A stretch of DNA of 64,000 nt, taken from the NCBI GenBank assembly GCA_035471805.1, contig DATIPS010000050.1, forward strand, positions 9,244 through 73,243, in the 5' to 3' direction. Positions 1 to 11,356 of this stretch are shown piece by piece (position 1 is the stretch's first letter; each line of letters begins with the position of its first letter). The notes under the pieces are model-generated. The model saw only the letters and a list, made by a program, of their open reading frames with translations, was not told the origin of the DNA and did not search any database. Origin of the DNA: Acidimicrobiia bacterium (GTDB taxonomy: Bacteria; Actinomycetota; Acidimicrobiia; Spongiisociales; JAHEDJ01). Position numbers and translations under genes: made by a program.

Positions 1-1358
<1,358 letters not shown>

Positions 1359-1369
1359 GGCTCCTCCTC

Positions 1370-4300
1370 TCAGTAGGTCGGCTTGTCGATCCGGCGGACG
1401 TACACGAACGTATCCCTGTTCACGCCGGTCGGACCCCAGTAGTTGAATGCGTAGGTGAACTGGGCGTAGCCGCCGCTCATCAGCACCGGTTTGAGCCGGG
1501 TCCTCGTCAGCGAGTTGTTCATACCGGCTCGCTTCTTGCGGAGCGGCGAGATCGGGATGCCGACGGTTCGCTCGGTGGCGTGATACACGAAGACGGTTCC
1601 CTTCGGAATGCGGGCCGAAGTGATGCACCTCTGCACGAACACGCCGTTGTCGTTGAACAGTTCAACCCAGTCGTTGTCCGAGATCCCCATCTCGGCGGCC
1701 TCCTTGTCGTTCAGCCAGACCGGATAGCCACCGCGGGACAGCGTCTTCATACGGATGTTCTCCGAATACGTCGAGTGGATGCTCCACTTGCCGTGCGGGG
1801 TGATGTAGTTGAGCATCCGGCCCTGCGCCTCGTTGGCACTGAACTCGGTCTCCGAGAGCATCGTGTGATCGGGACGCGGCTTGTACGTGGGCAGATGCTC
1901 CCCCCAGTCCAGGTAGTTCGCGTGGTCCAGATAGAAGTGCTGACGTCCGGTCATAGTCCGCCACGGGATGAGTTCCTCGACGTTCAGGGTGAACGGGCTG
2001 TAGGCCCGACCGTGGTTGATCTTGCCGCTCCAGGTTGGAGTCGTCAGCACCCGCCGCGGCTGGGAGACCAGATCCGAGAACCGGATGCGCGTGCTGCGCT
2101 GGCCGTCGGACAGGTGCGTGAGCGACAGCCCGGTCTTCTCCTCCTCGGCCTCGAAGGCACGATGGGCCAGTTCCCCGTTGCTGGCCGGGTCGAGGTGCAG
2201 GATGGCTTCGCAGACCTCCCGATCCTGTTCGAGCGATGGATAGGGCCGGCCGTTGAGGGCTGCCACATGGATATCACGCGGCTGGCGCTCGGTGAGTTCC
2301 TGGTAGGCATCGGCGACCGGGATGGTCAGGCCGTGGGCATTGACGCCGTTCTTCTCCACACCCCGCCCCAGCGACACCATCTTCTCGTACAGGTTCTTGT
2401 AGTCGCGCTCGACGACCCGGAACTTGGGCATCGTCTTGCCCGGAATGGCTTCGACCTCACCCTTGAACCAGTCCAACGGCTCCGGCTGAGCGAGCTCGTC
2501 CGGCGTGTCGTGTTGCAGAGGGAGCATCACGACGTCCTTGACCGGCTCCGGGAAGTGGGCGGCCGACAGCTCGGCGACCTTGGCGGCCACCGACCTGAAG
2601 ATCAGCCAGTCCGACTTGGACTCCCAGGAGGGCGGAACCGCCGCCTGCATCGGGTTGATGTAGGAGTGCATATCGGTCGAGTTGAGGTCGTCCTTCTCGT
2701 ACCAGGTGGCGGCCGGCAGCACTATGTCCGAGTAGAGAGCGCTGGTGTCCATCCGGAAGTTGAGGTCGACCACGAGGTCGAACTTGCCGATGGGGGCATC
2801 CGCCCGGAAATTGATCTCTGAGACGGTCTCACCGGCCAGTTCCCCGGCGACCGCCGTCGAGTGCGTGCCCAGATAGTGGCGCATGAAGTACTCGTGGCCC
2901 TTGGCACTGGTTCCGATGGCGTTGCCCCGCCAGATGAACCAGGTTCTCGGCCAGTTCTCGGGAGCATCCGGGTCGTCGATGGCGAACTCGACCGCCCGGC
3001 TCTTCAATCCTTCCACCACGTAGGAGATGATCTCCTCGTCGGTCGTCGCTCCGCTCGCCTGAGCTTCCTTGACGAGTTCCAGCGAGTTCTGCTTGAACTG
3101 CGGGTAGAACGGCAGCCAGCCCCGATGGACCGCACGGACCTGGTGATCGATCGTGTGATCGTCGGTGGTGGCGTTCTCGGGGAGGGTGTCGTAGTCCGAG
3201 TAGCCGCGCTCGTAGCGCCACTGGTCGCTGTGGACGTAGTGGAACGAAGGCGTGTTCTGATGGCGGGGAGCCACTCCCCAGTCGCCACCGAAGGCGATCG
3301 CGCCCCAGGAGGCTTGGTTGACCAGCTTTTCCTGTCCGACGTAGTGGCCGAGGCCTCCACCGTTGACACCGACGCAACCGGTCAGCATCAGGGCAACGAT
3401 GCCTGATCGATAGAGCAGATTGTTGTGGTACCAGTGATTGGCCCCGGCGCCGATGATGATCATGTTCTTGCCGTTGGTCTTCTCGGCGTTGTCCACCCAG
3501 TCGCGGGCGAAACGAATGACGGTGTCCCGGTGGATGCCGGTGAACTGCTCTTGCCAGGCAGGTGTGTAGAGACCTTCCGGATCGTTGAAGTCGGCCGCAT
3601 AGTCGCCGTCGAGACCGCGGTCGACGCCGAACTGGGCGACCATCAGATCGAAGACCGTTGTCACCGCCACCCGGCCCCGGTCCGTCTCCACGTACCGGAT
3701 CGGGACGCCCCGCCGGACGGTGCCGCCGCCCGCGAAGTTGTCGAACTCGATCTCGACCGTGCCGTCGTTCGACTCCAGGAAGCTCAACTCCGGATCGAGT
3801 GCTTCGCCGTTGAGTCCGTCGACCGGGCTGAGGTTCCATTTGCCCTTGTCCTCTTTGGCCCACCGGTAGCCGATGGTGCCCTGCGGCATGCGCGGGCGCC
3901 CGGAGATCCGATCCCACCAGAGAAGCTTCCAGTCGGAGTTCTCGGAACCGCGGTACTCGCCCACCCGGCCCGCTCGCAGGCAGCTCCCGGGTCGGGAACC
4001 ATCTAGCTCCACCAGGAAAGGCATGTCCGTGTACTGCTTGACGTAGTCCCGGAAGTACGGGACCTCACGGTCCACGTAGCTCTCCTTCAGGATCACGTGG
4101 TTGACCGCCATCCAGAATGCGGTGTCCTGTCCGGGGTTCGAAGGGATCCACCAGTCCGCATACTTGGCGACCTGGCTGAAGTCCGGGCTGAACACAGTGA
4201 GCTTCGCCCCGGCGTGACGCACTTCCGAGATGAAGTGGCAGTCGGGGGTTCTCGTCATGTTGAGGTTCGCTCCCATGACCGCAACGAAGCGGGAGTTGTA

Positions 4301-4987
4301 CCAGTCGGCCGACTCGTGCACATCGGTCTGTTCACCCCAGATCTCCGGTGAGGCAGGGGGAAGGTCGCAGTACCAGTCGTAGAAGCTCATCACGACGCCG
4401 CCGAGGAGGCTCAGAAACCGGCTCCCGGCTGCGTAACTGATCTGAGACATGGCCGGGATCGGCGAGAAGCCGATAACGCGGTCGGGTCCGTGTTCCTTGG
4501 TCGTGTGCACCACGGAGGCAGAGGCGATCTCCAGCGCTTCGTCCCAGGACATGCGGCGGAAGCCGCCCTTGCCCCGCGCCGTCTGAATGCGCTTGCGTTT
4601 CTCGGGATCGTCCATGATCGACGCCCAGGCGTCGACCGGGTCCCCGTGGACCGCCTTGGCTTGCCGGTAGAGGTCGATCAGCGCCCCGCGGCCGTAGGGG
4701 TACTTGACCCGGATCGGGCTGTAGAGATACCAGGAGAAGCTGATCCCGCGTTGACACCCGCGCGGCTCGTAGGGGGGCAGACCGTCTTCGAGTTGCGGGT
4801 AGTCGGTGGCCTGGAGCTCCCAGGTGACGATCCCGTCCTTGACGAACACTTCCCAGCTGCACGACCCGGTGCAGTTCACGCCGTGGGTTGTGCGCACCCG
4901 CTTGTCGTGCTGGAACCGGTTGCGATAGAACTCCTCCCACTTCCGCTCGGCCGGAGCCTCTTTGTCTCTTATCCATTCGGTCGTCAT
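1370..4987 (-). CDS. narG: Respiratory nitrate reductase alpha subunit NarG (about 1205 aa). The track ORF is over-extended at its N-terminus; the real start is the ATG at 4987.
   Basis: Hallmark NarG sequence: [59 protein letters not shown] (HGVNCTGSC FeS0 motif) and ...[43 protein letters not shown] precedes the ATG at 4987, and the start overlaps the upstream gene stop (ATGA). Confidence 0.95.
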   Translation of the reverse strand: MTTEWIRDKEAPAERKWEEFYRNRFQHDKRVRTTHGVNCTGSCSWEVFVKDGIVTWELQATDYPQLEDGLPPYEPRGCQRGISFSWYLYSPIRVKYPYGRGALIDLYRQAKAVHGDPVDAWASIMDDPEKRKRIQTARGKGGFRRMSWDEALEIASASVVHTTKEHGPDRVIGFSPIPAMSQISYAAGSRFLSLLGGVVMSFYDWYCDLPPASPEIWGEQTDVHESADWYNSRFVAVMGANLNMTRTPDCHFISEVRHAGAKLTVFSPDFSQVAKYADWWIPSNPGQDTAFWMAVNHVILKESYVDREVPYFRDYVKQYTDMPFLVELDGSRPGSCLRAGRVGEYRGSENSDWKLLWWDRISGRPRMPQGTIGYRWAKEDKGKWNLSPVDGLNGEALDPELSFLESNDGTVEIEFDNFAGGGTVRRGVPIRYVETDRGRVAVTTVFDLMVAQFGVDRGLDGDYAADFNDPEGLYTPAWQEQFTGIHRDTVIRFARDWVDNAEKTNGKNMIIIGAGANHWYHNNLLYRSGIVALMLTGCVGVNGGGLGHYVGQEKLVNQASWGAIAFGGDWGVAPRHQNTPSFHYVHSDQWRYERGYSDYDTLPENATTDDHTIDHQVRAVHRGWLPFYPQFKQNSLELVKEAQASGATTDEEIISYVVEGLKSRAVEFAIDDPDAPENWPRTWFIWRGNAIGTSAKGHEYFMRHYLGTHSTAVAGELAGETVSEINFRADAPIGKFDLVVDLNFRMDTSALYSDIVLPAATWYEKDDLNSTDMHSYINPMQAAVPPSWESKSDWLIFRSVAAKVAELSAAHFPEPVKDVVMLPLQHDTPDELAQPEPLDWFKGEVEAIPGKTMPKFRVVERDYKNLYEKMVSLGRGVEKNGVNAHGLTIPVADAYQELTERQPRDIHVAALNGRPYPSLEQDREVCEAILHLDPASNGELAHRAFEAEEEKTGLSLTHLSDGQRSTRIRFSDLVSQPRRVLTTPTWSGKINHGRAYSPFTLNVEELIPWRTMTGRQHFYLDHANYLDWGEHLPTYKPRPDHTMLSETEFSANEAQGRMLNYITPHGKWSIHSTYSENIRMKTLSRGGYPVWLNDKEAAEMGISDNDWVELFNDNGVFVQRCITSARIPKGTVFVYHATERTVGIPISPLRKKRAGMNNSLTRTRLKPVLMSGGYAQFTYAFNYWGPTGVNRDTFVYVRRIDKPTY

Positions 4988-5781
4988 CGTTGGCTCCTCA
5001 ACTGCCGTGCGAACCCCATGCGCCGACTCCGCGGCGCAAGCAACATCAAGGCGAACAGCGCCACCGCGCCGGCCGCACCGCCCAGAAGGAGGACGTCTGG
5101 TCCTCCGGACGGCTGCACATTCGATATGGAGGCGAAGTAGGCGGCCAGGTCGGCCCTCTCCTGATCGGTGATCGGGTTGTCGGCGAAGAGAGGCTGCATG
5201 GTCGCCGAAGGGGGGCTGACCAGAGCGGCCGCCACCGCTTCCTCGCCGCCGTAGCGGTTGGCAATGTCTGTGAGGTCCGGGCCCCAGGCGGGTCCGTTCA
5301 GAGCCTGGAAGCCGGCTGCGGTGTGGCACGAAGCACAAGCCGGAGCCCCGTTCTCCAACCGGTCGCTTCCCGTGAACAGGTCCTTCCCTCTGGCAGCGTC
5401 ACCGGGTTCGAGTCCCCCCGTCTCGGCAGGAATGAACACGCCCGCCTGGATGTAGGCGACGAGCGCATCCATCTCCGCGGCGGTGAGGTCCGGAAACGAC
5501 GGCATCTCGCCGTCATAGGAGACACCCAGAACATCCATCGGACCCGACTTGCCTTCGGAGATGACGGATGTGAGATAGGCGGTGTCCTGCACCCTGTCGT
5601 TGCCGGCCAGCGGCGGGAATGAGCCGCTCACGCCCAATCCGGTTCCCTGGTGACAAGCCGAGCAACTGGCGAGGAAGACCTCCCGGCCATCGACCTCCTC
5701 CTGAGCTCCGACCGCGGGCCCGAGCAGCAGCAGGGCTGCGGTGCCTCCGACGATCAGGGCCAGGCTCAGTGACCGTTTCAT
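4984..5781 (-). CDS. Membrane-anchored periplasmic di-haem cytochrome c, first gene upstream of narG (NarC-like).
   Basis: N-terminal signal peptide [26 protein letters not shown]; two CXXCH haem-binding motifs (CSACH, CASCH); a C-terminal hydrophobic anchor [20 protein letters not shown] followed by basic residues. Its stop overlaps the narG start, so it is probably co-transcribed. RBS GGAAAGGAAGGG. Confidence 0.75.
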   Translation of the reverse strand: MKRSLSLALIVGGTAALLLLGPAVGAQEEVDGREVFLASCSACHQGTGLGVSGSFPPLAGNDRVQDTAYLTSVISEGKSGPMDVLGVSYDGEMPSFPDLTAAEMDALVAYIQAGVFIPAETGGLEPGDAARGKDLFTGSDRLENGAPACASCHTAAGFQALNGPAWGPDLTDIANRYGGEEAVAAALVSPPSATMQPLFADNPITDQERADLAAYFASISNVQPSGGPDVLLLGGAAGAVALFALMLLAPRSRRMGFARQLRSQR

Positions 5782-5859
5782 GCCCTTCCTTTCCTTCTTC
5801 GATCTCTCGAGTGTCCTCATCTCCCCGGTGCCTTCTGATGTGCGATTGAATCTGGCTTG

Positions 5860-6366
5860 CTATCCGTCCCTCTTGCCGGGCTTCCGGGGCAGACGGGTTG
5901 TTGGAATCCTGTGAGGTGGCGTGTCCTCGGGGAGTTGGTGAGTTCCGGCAGCCAGGTCTCCGTCGATCCCGACCAGATCCGCCAAAGACGTTGTCGAGAG
6001 CTGCTCGGCCATGGCGTTCTGGGCGCGCGCCCAGGGAATATGCACCGGGCAGGAGGTCTCCCACGAGCAGGGCCCTCCCCGCAGTACACACACATCGAGC
6101 GCGATCGGGCCTTCGGCGGCTTCCACGATCTCGAGAAGCGAGATCTCATCGGACGGACGGGCCAGCACGTACCCGCCGCTGGGGCCGGCGACGGCCGCCA
6201 GCAGGCCGTGCTGAACCAGATTGGCGAGGATCTGAGTGAGATAACGGTTCGGAATCCCCATCTCCGAGGCTATCTCCCGGGCTTTGCGACGATCGCCGCG
6301 GCCGCGGGCTATGTCGATCAAGGCCCGCACCGAGTAGTCGCCTTTTCTTCCGAGAGACGCCTGCAT
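5860..6366 (-). CDS. Rrf2-family transcriptional regulator, NsrR/IscR-like (Fe-S containing).
   Basis: N-terminal HTH YSVRALIDIARG...EIASEMGIPNRYLTQILANLVQHGLL is typical of Rrf2. Three clustered Cys (CVLRGGPCSWETSCP) have the spacing of the NsrR/IscR cluster ligands. It lies co-directional with, and immediately upstream of, the nar structural genes and diverges from narK. Confidence 0.8.
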   Translation of the reverse strand: MQASLGRKGDYSVRALIDIARGRGDRRKAREIASEMGIPNRYLTQILANLVQHGLLAAVAGPSGGYVLARPSDEISLLEIVEAAEGPIALDVCVLRGGPCSWETSCPVHIPWARAQNAMAEQLSTTSLADLVGIDGDLAAGTHQLPEDTPPHRIPTTRLPRKPGKRDG

Positions 6367-6380
6367 ATGTCGATCCTAAC

Positions 6381-6430
6381 ACTTAACGTTTAGCAATGCA
6401 CTTGACGTTGAGAAGATTTTCCGCTACAAA
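6381..6430 (+). promoter_or_regulatory. Candidate narK1 promoter (TTGACG-N17-TACAAA) overlapped by a direct repeat ACTTAACGTT / ACTTGACGTT spaced 19 bp apart; possible operator for the adjacent Rrf2 regulator.
   Basis: Seen in sequence at 6381-6390 and 6400-6409, inside an unusually AT-rich divergent intergenic region (6367-6539) between the Rrf2 gene and narK1. Confidence 0.35.
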
Positions 6431-6539
6431 CACGTCGCGGGCGTTCATCGAGGACGCGGCTTGGTGCCCGATCTGACACCAACGACCCGGGAGTCGGGGT
6501 ACGCCGGTTGGACAACAGCTCGGTTCAAAGGAGAGGAAC

Positions 6540-8156
6540 ATGAGTCAGGACGATCGGTCGCCGTCCACGGGCGAGACGCCGCCGAAGCTGCTCGACTTCA
6601 GCCAGGAACGAATCCGGACGCTCCACTACACGTGGATCGCTTTCTTCATGACGTTCTATGTGTGGTTCAACATGGCGCCGATGGCCACCACGATGCTGGA
6701 CTCGGTCGGTTGGCTCACGGACGAGCACGTGAAGGTGCTGCTGATCGCCAACGTCGCACTGACGATTCCCGCCCGCATCGTGGTCGGGGCCCTGATCGAC
6801 CGCTTCGGGGCGCGTGTCGTCTTCTCGGGCCTGATGATCGTGATGGCGCTGCCCGCCCTGGCTTTCGTCCTCGCCGACTCCTTCCTGCAGATGCTGATCG
6901 CCCGCCTCGTGCTCAGTTCGGTCGGTGCCGGATTCGTCATCGGGATCAAGATGGTCGCCCAGTGGTTTCCCCCGAAATACATCGGCAGAGCCGAAGGGTT
7001 CTACGCCGGCTGGGGGAACTTCGGATCGGCTTTCGCCGCCATGACGCTCCCCTGGTTCGCGATCACGGTCATGGACGGCTGGTTCGGACTCGGCGACAAC
7101 GCCTGGCGGTGGGCGCTCGGAGCCAACGGCTTCGTCATGGGCGCCTACGGAGTGCTGTATTACTTCCTCGTCCGGGACGTACCGGCCGGCGAGCAACTCC
7201 ACAAAGCCAAGAAGACGGAACCGATGATGGTTACGTCGTACCGTGACCTGGTCCAGTATCTCGCCTGGTCGTTCCCGCTCGTAGGTGCTCTCGGGGTTCT
7301 CGCCTGGCGAATCAGCAACGTCGAGATCGACGGCGAGGCGGTCATCTCCGACGGAGCGCTGCTCGTCATCTACGGCATACTCCTGGCGGTCTATGCGGGT
7401 CACGTCTTCAAAACCCTGCAGATCAACCTGCCGTACCTGCGTGCGGGCGTTCCCGACGGGGACAGGTACCACTGGGGCAGCGTGGCGGCCCTCAACAGCA
7501 CCTATTTCGCCAACTTCGGTGCGGAACTGGCCGTCGTGTCGATGCTGCCGAAGTTCTTCGAGAACACCTTCGTTCCCCTCAAGGACAGCGGCGGAAGCCC
7601 TCTGGTCACCGCCACCGTCGCCGGGGTGGTGGCGGCATCGTTCGCGTTCGTGAATCTGGGAGCCCGGCCGCTGGGCGGATACCTGTCCGACAAAATGGCC
7701 AACCGCAAACGAACCATGCTGATCTATATGGTCGGCATCGCAGTTGGATTCCTGCTGATGGCCTTCATCGGCAGATGGGACGGCGGGGTCGACGCCGACG
7801 GGCTCAAGACGGTCGTTCCGATGTTCGGAGGGCTCTGGTGGCTCGTCGTGGCGGTGGCCATCACGATCTTCGCCTCCGTGTTCGTGCAGGGAGCGGAAGG
7901 CGCCACGTTCGCCATCATCCCGATGATCAACAAGCGGATGACGGGACAGATAGCAGGAATGGCGGGCGCCTACGGCAACGTCGGGGCCGTCATCTACCTG
8001 GTGCTGTTCTCGCTGGTCGACTCGAAGACCTTCTTCTTCGTCCTGGCATCCGGCGCGGCGCTCAGCTTCATCGTGACGCTGTTCATGCTCGAGGAACCCG
8101 AGGATTCGTTCGTAGAGGAGTTCGTCCACGACGCGGAAGGTCGCCTCGAGGCATAG
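6540..8156 (+). CDS. narK: Nitrate/nitrite transporter of the MFS NNP family (NarK1-type).
   Basis: 538 aa with 12 predicted TM segments and NarK-like motifs (GWGNFG, ...AGFYAGW...). RBS AAAGGAGAGGAAC precedes the ATG. First of a tandem narK pair. Confidence 0.9.
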   Translation: MSQDDRSPSTGETPPKLLDFSQERIRTLHYTWIAFFMTFYVWFNMAPMATTMLDSVGWLTDEHVKVLLIANVALTIPARIVVGALIDRFGARVVFSGLMIVMALPALAFVLADSFLQMLIARLVLSSVGAGFVIGIKMVAQWFPPKYIGRAEGFYAGWGNFGSAFAAMTLPWFAITVMDGWFGLGDNAWRWALGANGFVMGAYGVLYYFLVRDVPAGEQLHKAKKTEPMMVTSYRDLVQYLAWSFPLVGALGVLAWRISNVEIDGEAVISDGALLVIYGILLAVYAGHVFKTLQINLPYLRAGVPDGDRYHWGSVAALNSTYFANFGAELAVVSMLPKFFENTFVPLKDSGGSPLVTATVAGVVAASFAFVNLGARPLGGYLSDKMANRKRTMLIYMVGIAVGFLLMAFIGRWDGGVDADGLKTVVPMFGGLWWLVVAVAITIFASVFVQGAEGATFAIIPMINKRMTGQIAGMAGAYGNVGAVIYLVLFSLVDSKTFFFVLASGAALSFIVTLFMLEEPEDSFVEEFVHDAEGRLEA

Positions 8157-8214
8157 TCGAAGTACCAGTAGCAGGCCGGCATCGCGGGCGTGCCCGCGGG
8201 AAGAGGAATTGAGA

Positions 8215-9816
8215 ATGGCTGACATCTACGAGTGGGACGTCGAAGACGAGGCATTCTGGGAGAGCACCGGGAAGAAGGTCGCCAAGCGGAACCTCTGGAT
8301 ATCGATTCCGAGCCTGCTGTGTGGCTTTGCCGTCTGGCTCTACTGGAGCGTGATCACAGTCCAGATGCTCAATCTGGGGTTCCCGTTCACAAACGCCGAG
8401 CTGTTCACCTTGTCGGCCATCGCCGGCCTGACGGGAGCCAGTCTTCGCATCCCGAGCAGTTTCTTCATCCGGCTGGCCGGTGGGAGAAACACCATCTTCT
8501 TCACAACTGCCCTGCTGATGATTCCGGCGGCCGGCACCGGGTTCGCCCTCCTGTCTCAGGACACTCCGCTCTGGGTCTTTCAGTTGCTGGCCGGCTTGTC
8601 CGGTCTGGGCGGCGGGAACTTCGCCTCGTCGATGTCGAACATCAGCTTCTTCTACCCCAAGCGCATGCAGGGCCTGTCGCTCGGGTTGAACGCCGGTCTG
8701 GGAAACGCGGGCGTCACGACTATGCAGGTACTGATCCCGTTGATGATGACCTTCGGCTTCTTCGGCGGGGGCTCGATGATCCTCGAGACGACATCCGGAA
8801 CCCTCATCGGCAAGATCGCCGAAGGGACCGAGACCTGGATTCACAACGCCGGGTTCGTGTGGCTCGTGTTCCTGATCCCGCTCGCCTTCCTCGGCTGGTT
8901 CAAGATGGACAACATCCGCGCCGAGCACGTGTCTCCGAACATCGGGTCGGCTCTGAGTTCGTTCGTCAAGATCACCGGCATGCTGGGCCTTGCTTTCATA
9001 CCGGCTGCGATAGGTCTCTTCTTCATACTGCCGAGCCCGACGGGACTGGGATGGACCTGGGCCAAGTACCCGATCATCGGACTCGTGATCTGGGGAACGG
9101 TTCTGCTCCTCAAGCAACTGCGCGGCGAGATCAAACCGAACCTCGAACGCCAGTTCAAGATCTTCGGGAACAAACACACCTGGATCATGAGCGTCATCTA
9201 CACGATGACGTTCGGGAGTTTCATCGGCTACTCGGCCGGATTCGCCCTGGCCATCAAGGTCATCTTCGGGTTCCAGCACATAATGGTGGACGGGGTCATG
9301 ACCCACGATCTCGTCAATCCCAACGGCCCGTCGGCGTTGACGTTCGCCTGGATGGGCCCGTTCATCGGGGCATTCATCCGCCCTGTCGGCGGATGGATCG
9401 CAGACAAGCTGGGCGGGGCGCGGGTGACGCAATGGGTGTCGGTGACGATGATCGCCAGTGCCCTCGGCGTCGCCTACTTCATGAAGCAGGCCTACCAGTC
9501 CGCAACTCCTGAGGACTTCTTCCTACCCTTCTTCTTGCTGTTCCTGGTCCTGTTCGCGGCGACCGGCGTCGGCAACGGATCCACTTTCCGCACCATCGCC
9601 ATGGTCTTCGACCAGGAGCAGGCGGGACCGGTGCTCGGGTGGACCTCCGCGGTGGCCGCATACGGTGCGTTCGTCGTGCCCCAGGAGTTCGGCGAGCAGA
9701 TCACCAAGACCACCCCCGAGATCGCCCTCTACGCATTTGCCGTCTTCTACGCCATCTGCCTGTTCCTGAACTGGTGGTACTACCTGGGCCCGAAGGCGGA
9801 GTTCCAGAACCCGTAG
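8215..9816 (+). CDS. narK: Nitrate/nitrite antiporter of the MFS NNP family (NarK2-type).
   Basis: MADIYEWDVEDEAFWESTGKKVAKRNLWISIPSLLCGFAVWLYWS... matches the NarK2/NarK N-terminus. AAGAGGAA RBS precedes the ATG at 8215; the track ORF starts 6 nt earlier at a TTG. Confidence 0.9.
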   Translation: MADIYEWDVEDEAFWESTGKKVAKRNLWISIPSLLCGFAVWLYWSVITVQMLNLGFPFTNAELFTLSAIAGLTGASLRIPSSFFIRLAGGRNTIFFTTALLMIPAAGTGFALLSQDTPLWVFQLLAGLSGLGGGNFASSMSNISFFYPKRMQGLSLGLNAGLGNAGVTTMQVLIPLMMTFGFFGGGSMILETTSGTLIGKIAEGTETWIHNAGFVWLVFLIPLAFLGWFKMDNIRAEHVSPNIGSALSSFVKITGMLGLAFIPAAIGLFFILPSPTGLGWTWAKYPIIGLVIWGTVLLLKQLRGEIKPNLERQFKIFGNKHTWIMSVIYTMTFGSFIGYSAGFALAIKVIFGFQHIMVDGVMTHDLVNPNGPSALTFAWMGPFIGAFIRPVGGWIADKLGGARVTQWVSVTMIASALGVAYFMKQAYQSATPEDFFLPFFLLFLVLFAATGVGNGSTFRTIAMVFDQEQAGPVLGWTSAVAAYGAFVVPQEFGEQITKTTPEIALYAFAVFYAICLFLNWWYYLGPKAEFQNP

Positions 9817-9909
9817 GGCGCCGGCTCGACGACTCTCCATCTCCGCCGGCGGTTCCCTCCTGCGTGAGACGGACGCCGGAGCCGAAATGTCTGGCACAAT
9901 GCGGCGTCC

Positions 9910-10551
9910 ATGACCGACCGCGACCGCTCCGACCTCAACCGAAGAGCCCTCCGGCTCGAGTACGCGACGATCGGGTGGAACCTCGGAGAGGCGGTGCTGA
10001 CCATCGGGCTGGGAATCGCGGCCGGGTCCCTGGCCCTGATCGGATTCGGATCCGACTCGATCATCGAGGTGTTCGCATCCGCCGTCGTCGTCTGGCATTT
10101 GATACCGGGCCACGATTTCGACCATCCGGAGCGGACTGCCCTCGCCCTCCGGCTGGTGTCGGTGGCGTTCGCCCTGCTCGCCCTGGTTCTCGTCTCGCTC
10201 AGTATCCGGGACCTGGTCGGCGGACGCCGTCCGGAGGAGTCCCCGTGGGGAATCGCCTATCTGGCCGTCACTGCGGTGGTCATGTTCACCCTCGCCGGAT
10301 TCAAGAAGCGCCTGGCCGACAGGCTCGAGTCGGCTCCGCTGCGCTCGGAGGCGTCGATGACGTTCCTCGACGGGATACTGTCCGCAGGCACCATGCTCGG
10401 GCTGACGCTGAACGCCCTGCTGGACTGGTGGTGGGCGGACCCGGCAGCCGCCTTGCTGGTCGGCCTGGCGGCCGCCAGCGAGGCCAGGGAGAACTGGGCA
10501 GAAGCCGCCGAACTCGCCGAGATGGGAACCGGAGGCTTCGAGTCTCCCTAA
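9910..10551 (+). CDS. Polytopic membrane protein resembling the TM domain of cation-diffusion-facilitator (CDF) transporters, with no C-terminal cytoplasmic domain.
   Basis: 213 aa with 5-6 hydrophobic helices; LEYATIGWNLGEAVLTIGLGIAAGSLALIGFGSDSIIEV resembles CDF TM1-2. Family assignment is tentative. Confidence 0.4.
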   Translation: MTDRDRSDLNRRALRLEYATIGWNLGEAVLTIGLGIAAGSLALIGFGSDSIIEVFASAVVVWHLIPGHDFDHPERTALALRLVSVAFALLALVLVSLSIRDLVGGRRPEESPWGIAYLAVTAVVMFTLAGFKKRLADRLESAPLRSEASMTFLDGILSAGTMLGLTLNALLDWWWADPAAALLVGLAAASEARENWAEAAELAEMGTGGFESP

Positions 10552-10586
10552 GCTCATCCGGACCAGCTACGAGAGGAGCCGCGCCG

Positions 10587-10934
10587 ATGTCCGAGGAGAT
10601 CGAAGTAGGACCCGCGGCCGAGCTGCCACCAGGTACGGTCGTCGGGGCCGGCCACTATGCGGTCGGCAACGCCGGCGAGGTCTTCGCCGTCTCGCGCAGG
10701 TGCCGCCACCTGTACGCCGACCTCGCCGGCGGCACCGTGGACGAGGAGGGGTGTCTCGTTTGCCCCTGGCACGGCGCCAAGTACAACACCAAGACGGGGC
10801 GCATGGTGCGCGGGCCCCAGGGGATCTTCGCCAGGATTCCGGGTCTCGGAACGGCATTCAAAGCCCTGACGCTGGTCATGCCGCTGCGGCGGGGCAAGGT
10901 GGTCGAGCGCGACGGAGTCCTGTTCGTCGAATGA
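10587..10934 (+). CDS. Small Rieske [2Fe-2S] domain protein (NirD-like ferredoxin).
   Basis: 115 aa with Rieske ligand boxes CRHLYADL and CPWHGAKY. GAGAGGAG RBS precedes the ATG at 10587. The track embeds it in a spurious 431-aa ORF. Confidence 0.7.
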   Translation: MSEEIEVGPAAELPPGTVVGAGHYAVGNAGEVFAVSRRCRHLYADLAGGTVDEEGCLVCPWHGAKYNTKTGRMVRGPQGIFARIPGLGTAFKALTLVMPLRRGKVVERDGVLFVE

Positions 10935-10946
10935 CCTCCGGGGCGC

Positions 10947-11252
10947 TCAGAGGTCGAGGCCGAATGCCGCGACCGGGGTGGTGACGGTCATTTGCGGAGG
11001 ACCGTCGGCCAGCGGTCCGAACGCCGACATGGCCGCTCGCATCGCCTCACCCCGACCGTGGTTCCGCATCGATTCCTCGTCTGCCATCAGGGCGAAGAAC
11101 CAGAAGGTGTTGCCTTCGCCGCGGTGGTACGAGTAGATCTCGACCCCTGTTTCGCCGCGCGCAGCCTCGACCATGGCGGTGAGAACCTTCTCCATCTCTC
11201 CGGCCTTGCCGTCCCGGCACGTAATCGTGCCGATTACCGATACCTTGCTCAT
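10947..11252 (-). CDS. Antibiotic-biosynthesis-monooxygenase (ABM/Dabb) domain protein.
   Basis: 101-aa ferredoxin-like fold: ...GEMEKVLTAMVEAARGETGVEIYSYHRGEGNTFWFFALMADEESMRNH... is typical of the ABM domain. Confidence 0.65.
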   Translation of the reverse strand: MSKVSVIGTITCRDGKAGEMEKVLTAMVEAARGETGVEIYSYHRGEGNTFWFFALMADEESMRNHGRGEAMRAAMSAFGPLADGPPQMTVTTPVAAFGLDL

Positions 11253-11356
11253 GGTCGTCTCCTCCGCAACCGGGATCGCTTCAAACTAGCCATCCTGGGC
11301 CGGTGCATCCCACCGAGCCCGGCAGGCCGAGCCGCCTCCCGTTGCTCGCGACGAAC

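Noticed and set aside
2829-3917. 362-aa Arg/Pro-rich minus-strand ORF, and several 100-400-aa plus-strand ORFs inside narG.
   Set aside because: They overlap the well-supported NarG frame, are low-complexity (R/P/G-rich), and have no start context.
6525-9432. Long antisense ORFs (566 aa, 449 aa) opposite narK1 and narK2.
   Set aside because: Antisense to strongly supported MFS transporter genes; highly charged low-complexity translations.
9639-10934. 431-aa ORF spanning the narK2 3' end through the Rieske gene.
   Set aside because: Only the last 115 codons (from the ATG at 10587 with RBS) encode a coherent Rieske protein. The upstream part overlaps narK2 and the CDF-like gene in other frames.
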